Assembly (NCBI GenBank): GCA_965228475.1
Contig: OZ245817.1
Location: forward strand, 4,736,001-4,800,000
Direction: 5' to 3'
DNA length: 64,000 nucleotides
Source: Myxococcota bacterium
GTDB taxonomy: Bacteria > Myxococcota_A > UBA9160 > JAFDDA01
The notes beneath the pieces are model-generated. The model was not told the DNA's origin and did no database searches. It saw nothing but the letters and a program-made list of their open reading frames with translations. Below, one piece after another: positions 22,308 through 32,447 of the stretch. Made by a program: the position numbers and the translations under genes. Within the stretch, counting starts at the first letter, position 1. Each line of letters starts with the position of its first letter.

Positions 22308-22930
22308 TGGGCCACCCACTCGGCGTAGGCGGAAAGCAGACGGTGACCCGCGGACTGACTCTTCTCGGGATGGAACTGCACGGCGAAGATGCCCTCCCTG
22401 GCGACGGCCGATGCGAAAGGTCCACCATACTCCGTCACGCCGACCACGTCGCTCGCTTCCGCGGGGCGCGCGTAGTAGGAGTGGACGAAGTAGTAGTCCT
22501 CTTTCTCCGGCAGGCCGCCGAGCATCGGGTGCGCACCCGAGAAGGCGACCTCGTTCCAGCCGATGTGCGGCACCGGAAGCGACGTCTCGGGGAAGCGCTC
22601 GACGCGGCCCGGCAGCACCCCGAAGCCCTTCGTCACGCCGTGCTCGTGGCCCTCTTCGAACAGCAGCTGGAGCCCGAGGCACAGGCCCAGGTAGGGCTTG
22701 CCGTCTTCGATCGCGCGGACGACCGCGGCGTCGAGCCCCTTGCTGGCGAGGCTCTCGGCGGCGTCCTTGAACGCACCGACGCCCGGCAGGACGACGCCGT
22801 CGGCGCGCGCGAGGGCCGCCGGGTCGCCGGTGACCTCGACGCGCAGCGGACACTGCTCGAGCGCCTTCGCCACGCTGCGAAGGTTTCCGTAGCCGTAGTC
22901 CACGACGGCGATGGTGGGGAGGGGGGACAT
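22304..22930 (-). CDS. hisH: Imidazole glycerol phosphate synthase subunit HisH
   Basis: DYGYGNLRSV, GLCLGLQ, YFVHSYY, QFHPEKS. Confidence 0.97.
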   Translation of the reverse strand: MSPLPTIAVVDYGYGNLRSVAKALEQCPLRVEVTGDPAALARADGVVLPGVGAFKDAAESLASKGLDAAVVRAIEDGKPYLGLCLGLQLLFEEGHEHGVTKGFGVLPGRVERFPETSLPVPHIGWNEVAFSGAHPMLGGLPEKEDYYFVHSYYARPAEASDVVGVTEYGGPFASAVAREGIFAVQFHPEKSQSAGHRLLSAYAEWVAQ

Positions 22931-22934
22931 GTCT

Positions 22935-22994
22935 TTCCGTTCGAAGCTCGCGGGTTCCGTTCGGGGCTCGGGCGTTCCGTTCGAAGCCTTGGGG
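22935..22994. repeat. 20-bp tandem repeat, 3 copies, between hisB and hisH
   Basis: TTCCGTTCG starts at 22935, 22955 and 22975. Confidence 0.75.
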
Positions 22995-23021
22995 GTTCGG
23001 CCGTTCGCTCTGCGGGTCGGG

Positions 23022-23612
23022 CTAGAGGCTGCCCTTCACCGAGGGCACGCCCTCGACACGCGGGTCGAGCTCCACCGCTTCGCGCAGTGCTCGTGCCGCG
23101 CCCTTGAAGACCGCCTCGACGACGTGGTGCGGGCTATTCCCGTACCGCTGCTCCACGTGGAGGTCGAGCCCGGCGTTCTGCGAGAACGCGTAGAGGAAAT
23201 CTTCGACCAGCGAGACGTCGAAGTTCCCGACGCGATCGTTCGGCAGGTTCACGAGGTAGACCATGTAGGGACGGTTCGAGACGTCGACGGAGGTCTCGAC
23301 CTTCGACTCGGCCATCGGCAGCACGCAGTGCCCGAAGCGCCGGATGCCCTCGGCGTTGCCGAGCGCCTCGCGGACGGCCTGACCGAGGGTGATGCCGACG
23401 TCCTCGACCGTGTGGTGCAGATCGACCTCGAGATCGCCCTTGGCCTCGAGCCGCAGGTCGAAGAGCCCGTGCTTGGTGAAGGACTCGAGCATGTGGTCGA
23501 AGAACGGGATGCCGGTCGCCACCTCGTAGCTGCCGGTGCCGTCCAGATCGAGCTCGATCCGGATCTCCGTTTCCTTCGTCTTCCGCGTGATCTGCGAGCG
23601 TCGCCCACTCAC
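23022..23612 (-). CDS. hisB: Imidazoleglycerol-phosphate dehydratase
   Basis: TGIPFFDHML, DLHHTVED, HHVVEAVFK, VPSVKGSL. Confidence 0.97.
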   Translation of the reverse strand: MSGRRSQITRKTKETEIRIELDLDGTGSYEVATGIPFFDHMLESFTKHGLFDLRLEAKGDLEVDLHHTVEDVGITLGQAVREALGNAEGIRRFGHCVLPMAESKVETSVDVSNRPYMVYLVNLPNDRVGNFDVSLVEDFLYAFSQNAGLDLHVEQRYGNSPHHVVEAVFKGAARALREAVELDPRVEGVPSVKGSL

Positions 23613-23652
23613 GGCTTTCCCTCTTCTTTCTGCGTCAGCCCGGCCGCGAAGC

Positions 23653-25023
23653 TCACGGCTGGACCTCCGCTTCCCGCGCCGCCTCGCGCTCCCGGCGCGC
23701 GCGGCGAATCTTCTGCAAGCGTAGCTCCACCGAGTTGGCGTGGCCGGTCAGGCCTTCGAGCTCGGCCAGGCGGATCACCTCGGTCCCGAGCTCGCGCATC
23801 TTCGGCGGCTCGAATCGCATGAAGCTCATCCGCTTCATGAAATCCTCGACGCCGAGCGGCGAGAAGAAGCGCGCCGTGCCCCCCGTCGGCAGCACGTGGC
23901 TCGGCCCGGCGAGGTAGTCCCCGACGGCCTCGGGCGTGTAGTGCCCGAGGAAGACGGCCCCGGCGTTCTCGACCTGCTTCAGCGCCACGTCCGGCTTCTC
24001 GATGGCGAGCACCAGGTGCTCGGGCGCGTAGCGGTTCGCGAGGGCGATCGACTCCTCGAGGTTCTTCGTGAGGATGATCGCGCCGCGGTCCGCGAGGGAC
24101 TTCTTCGCGATCTTCGCGCGCTCGAGACTCTTCAGCTGCTTTGCGAGCTGGTCCTGCACCTTGGTGATGAGACCCTTCGTGTGGGTCACGAGGATCGGGC
24201 ACGCGACCTCGTCGTGCTCGGCCTGGGAGAGCAGGTCCGCCGCGACCCAGGGCGCCGTCGCCGTGCGGTCGGCCACGATCAGGATCTCACTCGGGCCTGC
24301 CTCGGAGTCGATCGCGACCTGGCCGAAGACGAGGCTCTTGGCCGTCGCCACCCAGACGCTCCCGGGCCCGACGATCTTGTCGACGGCGGGCACGGACTCG
24401 GTGCCGTAGGCGAGCGCCGCCACCGCGTGCGCGCCGCCCATCTTGAAGATGCGGTGGACGCCGGCCAGGCGCGCGGCCATCAGCACGTCCGGGCGGATGC
24501 TGCCGTCGGGCTGGGGCGGCGTGGCCATCACGATCTCGGGGACGTCCACCACCGAGGCGGGCACCGCCGTCATGATCACCGAAGAGGGATAGGCCGCCTT
24601 TCCGCCGGGCACGTAGACGGCGACGCGAGAGAGCGGCCGCACCTTCATGCCGAGCAGGGCGCCGCCCTCCTCCTTGATCTCCCAGCCGGAGGGAATGCGC
24701 CGGCGGTGGAACTCCCGCACGCGCATGGCCGCCTTGCCGAGGGCGGCCCGGTCCGCCGGGTCGAGATCCTCGATGCCGGCGTCCCACTCGGCCTTCGTCA
24801 CTTCGAGGGCCTCGACCTTCGCACCGTCGTACTTCTTGACGAGGTCCGTGAGGGTCGCGTCGCCGCCCTCCCTCACCTGCTCGATGATCTTCCGGACGGA
24901 CTTCTCGACGGTGCCTTCGGACTCGAAGCGGCGCTCGCAGAGCGCGGCGAAGCGCTTCTCGAAACCACTGGCCTTCGCCTCGAGCACCGTCATCGGGCCC
25001 TTCGCACTGGCGCGGGCTGCCAT
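23653..25023 (-). CDS. hisD: Histidinol dehydrogenase
   Basis: YVPGGKAAYPSS, AGPSE, SQAEHD, APEHL, GDYLAGPSHVLPT. Confidence 0.96.
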   Translation of the reverse strand: MAARASAKGPMTVLEAKASGFEKRFAALCERRFESEGTVEKSVRKIIEQVREGGDATLTDLVKKYDGAKVEALEVTKAEWDAGIEDLDPADRAALGKAAMRVREFHRRRIPSGWEIKEEGGALLGMKVRPLSRVAVYVPGGKAAYPSSVIMTAVPASVVDVPEIVMATPPQPDGSIRPDVLMAARLAGVHRIFKMGGAHAVAALAYGTESVPAVDKIVGPGSVWVATAKSLVFGQVAIDSEAGPSEILIVADRTATAPWVAADLLSQAEHDEVACPILVTHTKGLITKVQDQLAKQLKSLERAKIAKKSLADRGAIILTKNLEESIALANRYAPEHLVLAIEKPDVALKQVENAGAVFLGHYTPEAVGDYLAGPSHVLPTGGTARFFSPLGVEDFMKRMSFMRFEPPKMRELGTEVIRLAELEGLTGHANSVELRLQKIRRARREREAAREAEVQP

Positions 25024-25026
25024 CGG

Positions 25027-26289
25027 CTACCCCCTTTCCCGTCGGATCGTGGCGCCCAGGCGGGAGAGTTTCTCCTCGATCCGCTCGTAGCCTCGATCGA
25101 TGTGATAAACGCGATTCACCGCGGTCTCGCCGCGCGCGGCCAGCCCCGCGATCAGCAGGCTCGCCGAGGCACGCAGGTCCGTCGCCATCACCGGCGCTCC
25201 CGAGAGACTCTCCACCCCGCGCACGTGGGCCGACCGCCCGGCGAGGGTGATGTCCGCCCCGAGCCGCTGGAGCTCGGGGACGTGCATGAAGCGGTTCTCG
25301 AAGACCGTCTCGGTCACGATGCTCGAGCCGTCCGCCACGGTGAGCGCCGCCATGAACTGGGCCTGCATGTCGGTCGGGAAGCCCGGGATCGGCGCCGTCG
25401 TGATGTGGATGCCGCGCAGGCCTTCCGGCGCGTTCGCGCGCACGCGGTCCCCGCTGACCTCGACCTCCGCACCGGCTTCGCGCAGCTTGTCGAGGGTCGA
25501 CTCCATGTGCGACGGGTCGACGCCCGTGACGGCCACGTCGCCCTTCGTGACGGCGCCGGCCAGGAGCAGCGTCCCGGCCTCGATGCGGTCGCCGGCGACG
25601 CGGTGCTCCACGCCGCGCAGGGAGGCGACGCCGCGCACGACGACGCGGTCGCTCCCGGCGCCGCGCACGTCCGCGCCCATGCGGTTCAGGAACTCGGCGA
25701 GCTCCTCCACCTCGGGCTCGCGCGCGGCGTTCTCGATCACCGTCTCGCCGTTCGCGAGGGCGGCGGCCATCATCACGTTCTGGGTGCCGTTCACCGTCAC
25801 CACGTCGAAGCGGAAGCGCGCGCCGATGAGCCGGGTCGCGGCCGCCTCCACGTAGCCGTGCTCGAGGCCGACCTTGGCGCCGAGGGCGGCGAGCCCCTTC
25901 AGGTGCTGGTCGACCGGGCGCACGCCGATGGCGCAGCCGCCGGGCTCGGACACCCGGGCGTGGCCCGCGCGCGCGAGCAGCGGCCCGAGCACCATGAAGG
26001 AGGCGCGCATCTTGCGCACGATGTCGTAGGGCGCCTCGGGGCGGAGCGCGCCCCGGGCCTCGATCCGCACGACGTCGCCGTGCTCGGCGTCGCGCTCGGC
26101 CGTCAGCCCGAGCGCCCCGAGCAGCTCGATCATCGCGTCGACGTCCCGCAGGCGCGGCACGTTGCGCAGCACCGTCGGCCCCTCGGCCAGGATCGACGCC
26201 GCGAGCAGCGCGAGGCAGGAGTTCTTCGAACCGGATGCCGCGGTCTCACCCGAAAGGCGAGCGCCGCCGTTCACGACGATGCTGTCCAA
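25027..26289 (-). CDS. murA: UDP-N-acetylglucosamine 1-carboxyvinyltransferase
   Basis: GSKNS, PGGCAIGVRPVDQH, GFPTDMQ, ATDLRA, HIDRGYE. Confidence 0.97.
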   Translation of the reverse strand: MDSIVVNGGARLSGETAASGSKNSCLALLAASILAEGPTVLRNVPRLRDVDAMIELLGALGLTAERDAEHGDVVRIEARGALRPEAPYDIVRKMRASFMVLGPLLARAGHARVSEPGGCAIGVRPVDQHLKGLAALGAKVGLEHGYVEAAATRLIGARFRFDVVTVNGTQNVMMAAALANGETVIENAAREPEVEELAEFLNRMGADVRGAGSDRVVVRGVASLRGVEHRVAGDRIEAGTLLLAGAVTKGDVAVTGVDPSHMESTLDKLREAGAEVEVSGDRVRANAPEGLRGIHITTAPIPGFPTDMQAQFMAALTVADGSSIVTETVFENRFMHVPELQRLGADITLAGRSAHVRGVESLSGAPVMATDLRASASLLIAGLAARGETAVNRVYHIDRGYERIEEKLSRLGATIRRERG

Positions 26290-26290
26290 C

Positions 26291-27166
26291 TTACGAAGCC
26301 TCCGGGCCGCGGCCGGCCACGACGCGGGGCTGCCCCGCGAGATCCTTCACCACGCGCACCTCCGAGAGCCCGGCCTGGCGCGCCCAATCGGCGACCCGCT
26401 CGGCCTGGTCCGGTGCCAGCTCGACCGCGAACCCGGCGGAAGTTGCCAAAAGGTCGCGGCTTTCGGCCACCAGGGCCTCGAGGACCTCGGTGCCCTCGGG
26501 CCCGGCATAGAGGGCCTGGGCCGGCTCCTGGGCGAGCTCGGGGGCGACCTCCTGGGCCTCGGCGTCCCGCAGGTAGGGCGGGTTCGAGACGATCAGGTCG
26601 AAACGCTGGCCGGCGGCGGGCTCGAAGCGGTCGCCCTCCGCGAAGGTCACGCGATCCGAGAGCCCGAGGCGCTCGGCGTTGGCGCGGGCCACGCCGAGGG
26701 CCGCGGCGGAGACGTCCGTCGCCAGCACGCGGGCCTTCTTGCGCTCGTGGGCCAGGGCCAGGGCGATGGCCCCGGAGCCGGTCCCGACGTCGAGGATGCG
26801 GTACTCGGCCTCGCGGTCCGGCAGGAACTCGAGGGCCACCTCGACCAGAGTCTCGGTCTCGGGCCGCGGGACCAGGACGTCCGGCGTGAGCTCGAGCATC
26901 AGGGACCAGAATTCCTTCCGGCCCGTCAGCAGCGCGATGGGCATGCGGTCGTTGACGCGCCGCTTCACGAGCTCGCGCAGCGCCGCGCGCTCGGTCTCGT
27001 GCACGGGCTTGTCGTACTGGAGGTAGAGCTCGAGGCGCTCGAGCCCGAGGGCGTGGGCGAGCAGGCACTCGGCATCGAGCCGCGGCGAGGCGATCTCGTT
27101 TTCCTTGAAGTAGGACTCGATCCACCGCAGCAGATCCACCACGGTCCAGGTCTTCTGTTGCGTCAT
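26291..27166 (-). CDS. prmC: Release factor glutamine methyltransferase
   Basis: VLVPRPETE, LDVGTGSGAIA, VSNPPY. Confidence 0.96.
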   Translation of the reverse strand: MTQQKTWTVVDLLRWIESYFKENEIASPRLDAECLLAHALGLERLELYLQYDKPVHETERAALRELVKRRVNDRMPIALLTGRKEFWSLMLELTPDVLVPRPETETLVEVALEFLPDREAEYRILDVGTGSGAIALALAHERKKARVLATDVSAAALGVARANAERLGLSDRVTFAEGDRFEPAAGQRFDLIVSNPPYLRDAEAQEVAPELAQEPAQALYAGPEGTEVLEALVAESRDLLATSAGFAVELAPDQAERVADWARQAGLSEVRVVKDLAGQPRVVAGRGPEAS

Positions 27167-27182
27167 TCCGTCCTCGGCTGCG

Positions 27183-28253
27183 TCATGCCGCCGCCTCCTG
27201 CTGGGACCGGAACCAGGTGTTCACCGCCTCGACGAGCTCGTCGAGGGAGCCGTCGAGGACGGCTTCGAGATCGTGTCGCGTGATGCCGGCGCGGTGGTCC
27301 GTGATGCGCGACTGCGGGAAGTTGTAGGTGCGGATGCGCTCGCTGCGGTCGCCCGTCCCGACCTGGGCACGCCGCTCCCCGGCGCGCTCCTCGGCCAGAC
27401 GCGCCTGCTCCGCCTCGTAGATCCGCGAGCGCAGGATCTTCATCGCCCGCGCCTTGTTCTTGTGCTGGGACTTCTCGTCCTGGCACTGCACCACGGTCCC
27501 CGTCGGCACGTGGGTGATGCGCACGGCCGAGTCCGTCGTGTTGACGCTCTGGCCGCCCGGGCCCGAAGCCCGGAACACGTCGATGCGGAGATCCTTCTCC
27601 TGGACGTCGAGGTCGAGCTCCTCGGCCTCGGGAAGCACCGCCACCGTCGCCGTCGAGGTGTGGATGCGGCCCTGGGACTCCGTCACCGGAACCCGCTGCA
27701 CGCGATGGACGCCGCTTTCGAACTTGAGCCGGCTGTAGACGCGGTCGCCCTTGATGTTGCAGACGACCTCCTTCACGCCGCCGCCCTCGGTCTCGGAGTT
27801 CGAGAGCATCTCGATCTTCCAGCCGCGGAGCTCGGCGTAGCGCCCGTACATGCGGAAGAGATCGCCGGCGAACAGCGCCGCCTCGTCGCCGCCGGCCCCC
27901 GCGCGCACCTCGAGGATCACGTTCTTCTCGTCGTTCGGGTCCTGGGGCACCAGGAGCTCCCGGATCTCCGCCTCGAGCCGGTCGCGCTCGGCCACGAGCT
28001 CGTCGTGCTCCGCCTGGGCCATCTCGCGCATCTCGGCGTCGTCGTCCTGGAGCATCTCGCGGGTGCCCTCGATGTCCGCCGAGACCTTCTCGAAGCGCTC
28101 GGAGGCCTCGAGCAGGGGCCGGAGCCCGGCGAGCTCCTTCGCCACGCGCGCGTACTCGGCGGGCGACTTCGCGAGCACCGGATCCTGGAGCTTCTCCTCC
28201 AGCGGGCCGGCCTTCTCTCGAACGGCAGCGATGTGCTTTTCCAGGTCGGACAT
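27183..28253 (-). CDS. prfA: Peptide chain release factor 1
   Basis: RVPVTE (PxT), [25 protein letters not shown]. Confidence 0.97.
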   Translation of the reverse strand: MSDLEKHIAAVREKAGPLEEKLQDPVLAKSPAEYARVAKELAGLRPLLEASERFEKVSADIEGTREMLQDDDAEMREMAQAEHDELVAERDRLEAEIRELLVPQDPNDEKNVILEVRAGAGGDEAALFAGDLFRMYGRYAELRGWKIEMLSNSETEGGGVKEVVCNIKGDRVYSRLKFESGVHRVQRVPVTESQGRIHTSTATVAVLPEAEELDLDVQEKDLRIDVFRASGPGGQSVNTTDSAVRITHVPTGTVVQCQDEKSQHKNKARAMKILRSRIYEAEQARLAEERAGERRAQVGTGDRSERIRTYNFPQSRITDHRAGITRHDLEAVLDGSLDELVEAVNTWFRSQQEAAA

Positions 28254-28474
28254 GACGCACTCTCACACCGACGCACGAGCGACGGCACGGTGGGGGGACT
28301 GAACGGTGGGGGCAAGGAAACGGACGTGGGGGCAGGGCCGCGCGGCCAGACAGGCTCGCGACCCTAATGACGGAGATCGGTCGTAGCGACGAAAAATCCA
28401 GCCATCCAACTAAGGATCGCCGAAAAACCCCCACCCCGCAACAAACCGTCGCGAACTCCCCTCACCCTACCGAT

Positions 28475-28594
28475 CGCGGGGGACGGGGCAGGGGCTGATG
28501 CGAAGTAAAGCGCAGCCCGAACTCGGATCTCGAATACGCCTCGCAGGTCCGCGAGGGCGAGCCATGAGCAGCAGCCCCTGCCCCGTCCCCCGCG
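28475..28594. repeat. 120-bp element bounded by 23-bp perfect inverted repeats
   Basis: CGCGGGGGACGGGGCAGGGGCTG (28475-28497) and CAGCCCCTGCCCCGTCCCCCGCG (28572-28594). Confidence 0.8.
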
Positions 28595-28609
28595 CGCGCC
28601 GAGGAAACC

Positions 28610-30088
28610 CTAGGAGTTCATCGACTCCAAGAACTCCTCGTTCGTATCCGTAGCCTTGATCTTCTCCAGCAGGAACTCCATCGAGTCCACCGGAGAGAGC
28701 GGCGCCAGCACCTTGCGCAGGATGAACATCCGGTTCAGGTGCCCATCCGACATCAGGAACTCCTCGCGGCGCGTGGAGCTCCGGGTGATGTCGATGGCCG
28801 GATAGGTGCGGCGATCCGCGAGCTTGCGGTCGAGCAGGATCTCGGAGTTCCCCGTGCCCTTGAACTCCTCGAAGATCACCTCGTCCATGCGCGAGCCCGT
28901 GTCGATCAGCGCCGTGCCCACGATCGTGAGGCTCCCGCCCTGCTCGATGTTGCGCGCCGCGCCGAAGAAGCGCTTCGGCTTGTGCATGGCGTTGCTGTCG
29001 ACGCCGCCCGAGAGGATCTTGCCCGAGTGCGGCACCACGGTGTTGTGGGCCCGCGCCAGGCGCGTGATCGAGTCGAGCAGGATCACCACGTCGCGCTTGT
29101 GCTCGACGAGGCGCTTGGCCTTCTCGATCACCATGTCGGCGACCTGCACGTGGCGGGTCGGCGGCTCGTCGAAGGTCGAGGCGATCACCTCGCCCTTCAC
29201 GTTGCGCTGCATGTCGGTCACCTCTTCGGGCCGCTCGTCGATGAGCAGCACGATGAGATAGACCTCCGGGTGGTTGTCGGCGATGGCGTTGGCGATGTCC
29301 TTCAGGATCATCGTCTTGCCGGCCTTCGGCGGCGAGGGGATGAGGGCGCGCTGGCCCTTCCCGATGGGCGCGATCAGGTCGATGATGCGCGTCGTCATGC
29401 CGCCCGACGCCGCTTCCAGGTTGAACTTCTCCTGGGGGTAGAGCGGCGTCAGGTTGTCGAAGTTGATGCGATGACGCGCCTGCTCGGGCTTCTCGAAGTT
29501 GATCTTGTCGACCTTGAGCAGGGCGAAGTAGCGCTCGCCTTCCTTGGGCGGGCGGATCTGGCCGGAGAGCGAATCGCCGGTGCGCAGGCCGAAGCGGCGG
29601 ATCTGCGAGGGCGAGACGTAGATGTCGTCGGGCCCGGGCAGGTAGCTCTGGTCCGGCGCCCGGAGGAAGCCGAAGCCGTCGGGCAGGGTCTCGAGCACGC
29701 CCTCGGCGTAGATCTTCCCCTCGGCGGCCGTCTGGGCCTGGAGCACCGCGAACAGCAGGTCCTGCTTGCGCAGGCCGGCGGCGTTCTCGATCTCGAGCTC
29801 CTCGGCGAGGTCCGAGAGCTTCTCCATGGGCATGGCCTTGAGGTCGGCCACGTACATCCGTTCGCCGTCGTCCTCGTCGGTGACTTCGAAGTCGTCGTCG
29901 AGCAGCTCGTCCTCGACGTCGAGGACCTTCATCTTGCGTTCGCGGCCACCTCCGCCGCGGTTGCCGCCGCCCCGAGAGCGTCGACCTTTGCCGCGGCGAT
30001 TTCCGCCGCCGCCGCGGCCACCGCCGCCTCCGGCGCCACCGCCACCTCCGCCACCGTTGAGCTTCGCGTCGGCCTTCTGGGTCGTCAT
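28610..30088 (-). CDS. rho: Transcription termination factor Rho with low-complexity N-terminal extension
   Basis: [45 protein letters not shown]. Confidence 0.97.
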   Translation of the reverse strand: MTTQKADAKLNGGGGGGGAGGGGGRGGGGNRRGKGRRSRGGGNRGGGGRERKMKVLDVEDELLDDDFEVTDEDDGERMYVADLKAMPMEKLSDLAEELEIENAAGLRKQDLLFAVLQAQTAAEGKIYAEGVLETLPDGFGFLRAPDQSYLPGPDDIYVSPSQIRRFGLRTGDSLSGQIRPPKEGERYFALLKVDKINFEKPEQARHRINFDNLTPLYPQEKFNLEAASGGMTTRIIDLIAPIGKGQRALIPSPPKAGKTMILKDIANAIADNHPEVYLIVLLIDERPEEVTDMQRNVKGEVIASTFDEPPTRHVQVADMVIEKAKRLVEHKRDVVILLDSITRLARAHNTVVPHSGKILSGGVDSNAMHKPKRFFGAARNIEQGGSLTIVGTALIDTGSRMDEVIFEEFKGTGNSEILLDRKLADRRTYPAIDITRSSTRREEFLMSDGHLNRMFILRKVLAPLSPVDSMEFLLEKIKATDTNEEFLESMNS

Positions 30089-30462
30089 ACGTGCGTGTCG
30101 CCTGCCTCTCGTGTTGGAAACGTTCGAATCTGGAGTTCGGGTTGCTGGATGGGGGGTCTTCTTGCGTTCGATCGGGTCGGTGGGGCTTGGGATGGGGTCG
30201 GTTTGGGTGCGACTCGGGAGTCGGGACGACCGGGTGGGGTGTGGTGCCGGTCGCTTGCCGCCGCGCTCGGGTGGATTCCCGGCCGGCGGATGAGTTGAGG
30301 TGCGGACTGGGCTCCTGGTCGCGTCTTCGGTCGATCGGCCCTGAAGGTTGATTTCTTCCCGGGGGGAACCTGCTCCTGGGACCAGGTTTTCTTGGACCCG
30401 AGGACGATGAGTGCCTGGCGGGAACCCCCGTCTGGGCTGAGGAGCCCAGCGAGAACGGGTAG

Positions 30463-30492
30463 AACCTAGAGCCTACACCGGCGGGGTGTCAA
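30463..30492 (-). promoter_or_regulatory. Sigma70-like promoter of rho
   Basis: Minus strand TTGACA-N18-TAGGTT, ~370 nt before the rho ATG. Confidence 0.6.
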
Positions 30493-30509
30493 GACCGGCC
30501 GCATGGGCT

Positions 30510-31193
30510 TCACCCGACCCTCTCCGCCGGGGCGATCCAATGCACCAGGCGCCCGGAGCGGGGCCCGTCCCGCCGGTAGGAGTGGAACCGCTCGGAATCA
30601 CAGGAGGTACAGGCCGTGGCGGCGACGCCGATCCGGGCCTCGGGCACCCCCGCCGAGAGCAGCTCCTGGCGGGTCAGCGCCGCGAGATCGAGCCAGGCAT
30701 GACGCGGCCGGCCGGGCCGGGTGGCCTGGGCGAGGCCCTCGGGGCCGAAGCGGCGAAGGGCCGCCTCGAGGACCGGCCCGTCGACCTCGTAGCAGCAGGG
30801 TCCGATGTGGGGGCCGACCGCCGCAACCAGCCCCCGGGCCCCGAGCGCCCGGAGCCGGGCCACGGCCAGGGTGAGGACGCCGGCCGTGAGGCCCCGCCAG
30901 CCCGCGTGGACGGCGGCCACGAACGCCCCGCTCCGGTCCGCCAGGAGCACCGGGACGCAGTCCGCGGTCACTATGCCGACGGCCAGCCCGGGCTCGGTGG
31001 CGGTGATGCCATCGGCCTCGACCCCCGCGGCGTCGCCGGGCGCCTTGGCGTCGTGGACGAAGGTTCCGTGGACCTGGACGGGCCGCGTCAAACCGGGCGG
31101 CTCCTCGACGCCCCGCAACCCGAAGGAATGACGCACCCCGGCTGCGCGCAGGATCGGATCTTCGAGGGGCTCGGCGGCGGCGGGCTCGCTCAC
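30510..31193 (-). CDS. pgeF: YfiH/PgeF family (laccase-like) protein
   Basis: QVHG, ADG, TADCVPVLL, HAGWRG, GPHIGPCCYEV, FHSYRR. Confidence 0.9.
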   Translation of the reverse strand: MSEPAAAEPLEDPILRAAGVRHSFGLRGVEEPPGLTRPVQVHGTFVHDAKAPGDAAGVEADGITATEPGLAVGIVTADCVPVLLADRSGAFVAAVHAGWRGLTAGVLTLAVARLRALGARGLVAAVGPHIGPCCYEVDGPVLEAALRRFGPEGLAQATRPGRPRHAWLDLAALTRQELLSAGVPEARIGVAATACTSCDSERFHSYRRDGPRSGRLVHWIAPAERVG

Positions 31194-32131
31194 GCCTCGG
31201 CCCCCCGGAGCTTCTCGAGGGCCGCCAGCAGGTCGGCCGGCGGCGGGGTCTCGAAGCGCAGCCGCTCCCCGCTTCCCGGATGGTCGATGCCGAGAACCGC
31301 GGCGTGCAGGGCCGGGCGATCGAGGGCGATCCCCGCGGCCCGCGCGCGCCGGGCGCCGCGGCCGTAGACCGGGTCGCCGAGCAGCGGAAGCCCGGCCGCG
31401 GAGAGATGGACCCGGATCTGGTGGGTGCGGCCGGTCTCGGGCCGGATCTCGAGCCAGGAGACGCCGGCCTTCGGGAAGCGCTCCGTGACGCACCAGGCCG
31501 TGTGGGCTTCGCGGCCGCTGCGCGTCCGCACCGACATCTTCTTGCGGTCCCGCGGATGGCGCCCGATCGGCCGGTCGCTGCGGCCCTCGTCTTCCCGCGG
31601 CACCCCGACGCAGAGCGCGCGGTAGACGCGCTCGACCGTGTGATCGTGGAACTGCTCGGAGAGCGCCGTGTGGGCCGCGTCGTTCTTCGCGGCCACCATC
31701 ACGCCCGAGGTGCCGCGGTCGAGCCGGTGCACGATGCCCGGCCGCAGCACGCCGCCGATGCCCGAGAGATCCCCGCAATGATGGAGGAGCGCGTTCACCA
31801 AGGTCCCTCGCTCGTGTCCTGGCGCCGGGTGTACCACCAGGCCCGCCGGCTTGTCGATCACGATGAGGTCCGGGTCTTCGTGCAGGATCGCGAGGGGGAT
31901 CGCCTCGGCCTCGACCCCGCTCGGCACGGCCTCGGGCGGCGCCGCTTCGATCCGGTCGCCGGCCTCGACCCGGCGCGAGGCCCGGACCACCTTGCCGCCG
32001 AGGGTGACGTGCCCCTCGTCGATCCAGCGCCGCACCTGGGCCCGGGCCACGCCCGCCCCGCTCGCCAGCACCTGGTCGAGACGTTGCCCGGCCTCGGCCT
32101 CGCCGGCGACCATCCGCAGGGGCGGGGTCAC
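31190..32131 (-). CDS. rluD: RluA/RluD family pseudouridine synthase
   Basis: S4 domain, KPAGLVVHP, GIVHRLDRGTSG, TGRTHQIRVH; precedes pgeF. Confidence 0.92.
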   Translation of the reverse strand: MTPPLRMVAGEAEAGQRLDQVLASGAGVARAQVRRWIDEGHVTLGGKVVRASRRVEAGDRIEAAPPEAVPSGVEAEAIPLAILHEDPDLIVIDKPAGLVVHPAPGHERGTLVNALLHHCGDLSGIGGVLRPGIVHRLDRGTSGVMVAAKNDAAHTALSEQFHDHTVERVYRALCVGVPREDEGRSDRPIGRHPRDRKKMSVRTRSGREAHTAWCVTERFPKAGVSWLEIRPETGRTHQIRVHLSAAGLPLLGDPVYGRGARRARAAGIALDRPALHAAVLGIDHPGSGERLRFETPPPADLLAALEKLRGAEA

Positions 32132-32161
32132 GGGAGGATCACCCGCGGGGTCACGGAAGGG

Positions 32162-32428
32162 TCACCAGATTCGGGAGGGAACGTCCCGCGAGCGGAAGAC
32201 CAGCACGTCGACCAGGGCGCGATCGAAGTAGTTGCGCTTGCCGGCGAGCTCCGGGTCGACGCGCTCCTCGTAGTGGCGCCGGGCGCGCTCGATCTCGTCC
32301 GCCATCCGCTCGAAGACGTCGTCCTGCCGGATGCCGACGCGCACCTTCTCCGGGTCGTAGATCATGAGGTCCGAAACGAGTGCGCGGGCCAGGCGCTCGG
32401 CGCGCACCGGGTCGTGGATGGTCTCCAT
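32162..32428 (-). CDS. Small helical hypothetical protein
   Basis: AERLARALVSDLMIY...YFDRALVD; SD present; co-directional with neighbours. Confidence 0.75.
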   Translation of the reverse strand: METIHDPVRAERLARALVSDLMIYDPEKVRVGIRQDDVFERMADEIERARRHYEERVDPELAGKRNYFDRALVDVLVFRSRDVPSRIW

Positions 32429-32447
32429 CGCTCGCGTCCTCCCTGCG

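Noticed and set aside
22935..22994. CRISPR array
   Set aside because: Units are 20 bp in total with no unique spacers, and there are no cas genes in the window
23740..26889. 1049-aa plus-strand ORF, and similar long ORFs such as 60323..63553 + and 36688..38718 -
   Set aside because: Antisense shadows of well-supported genes; stop codons are scarce at this GC content
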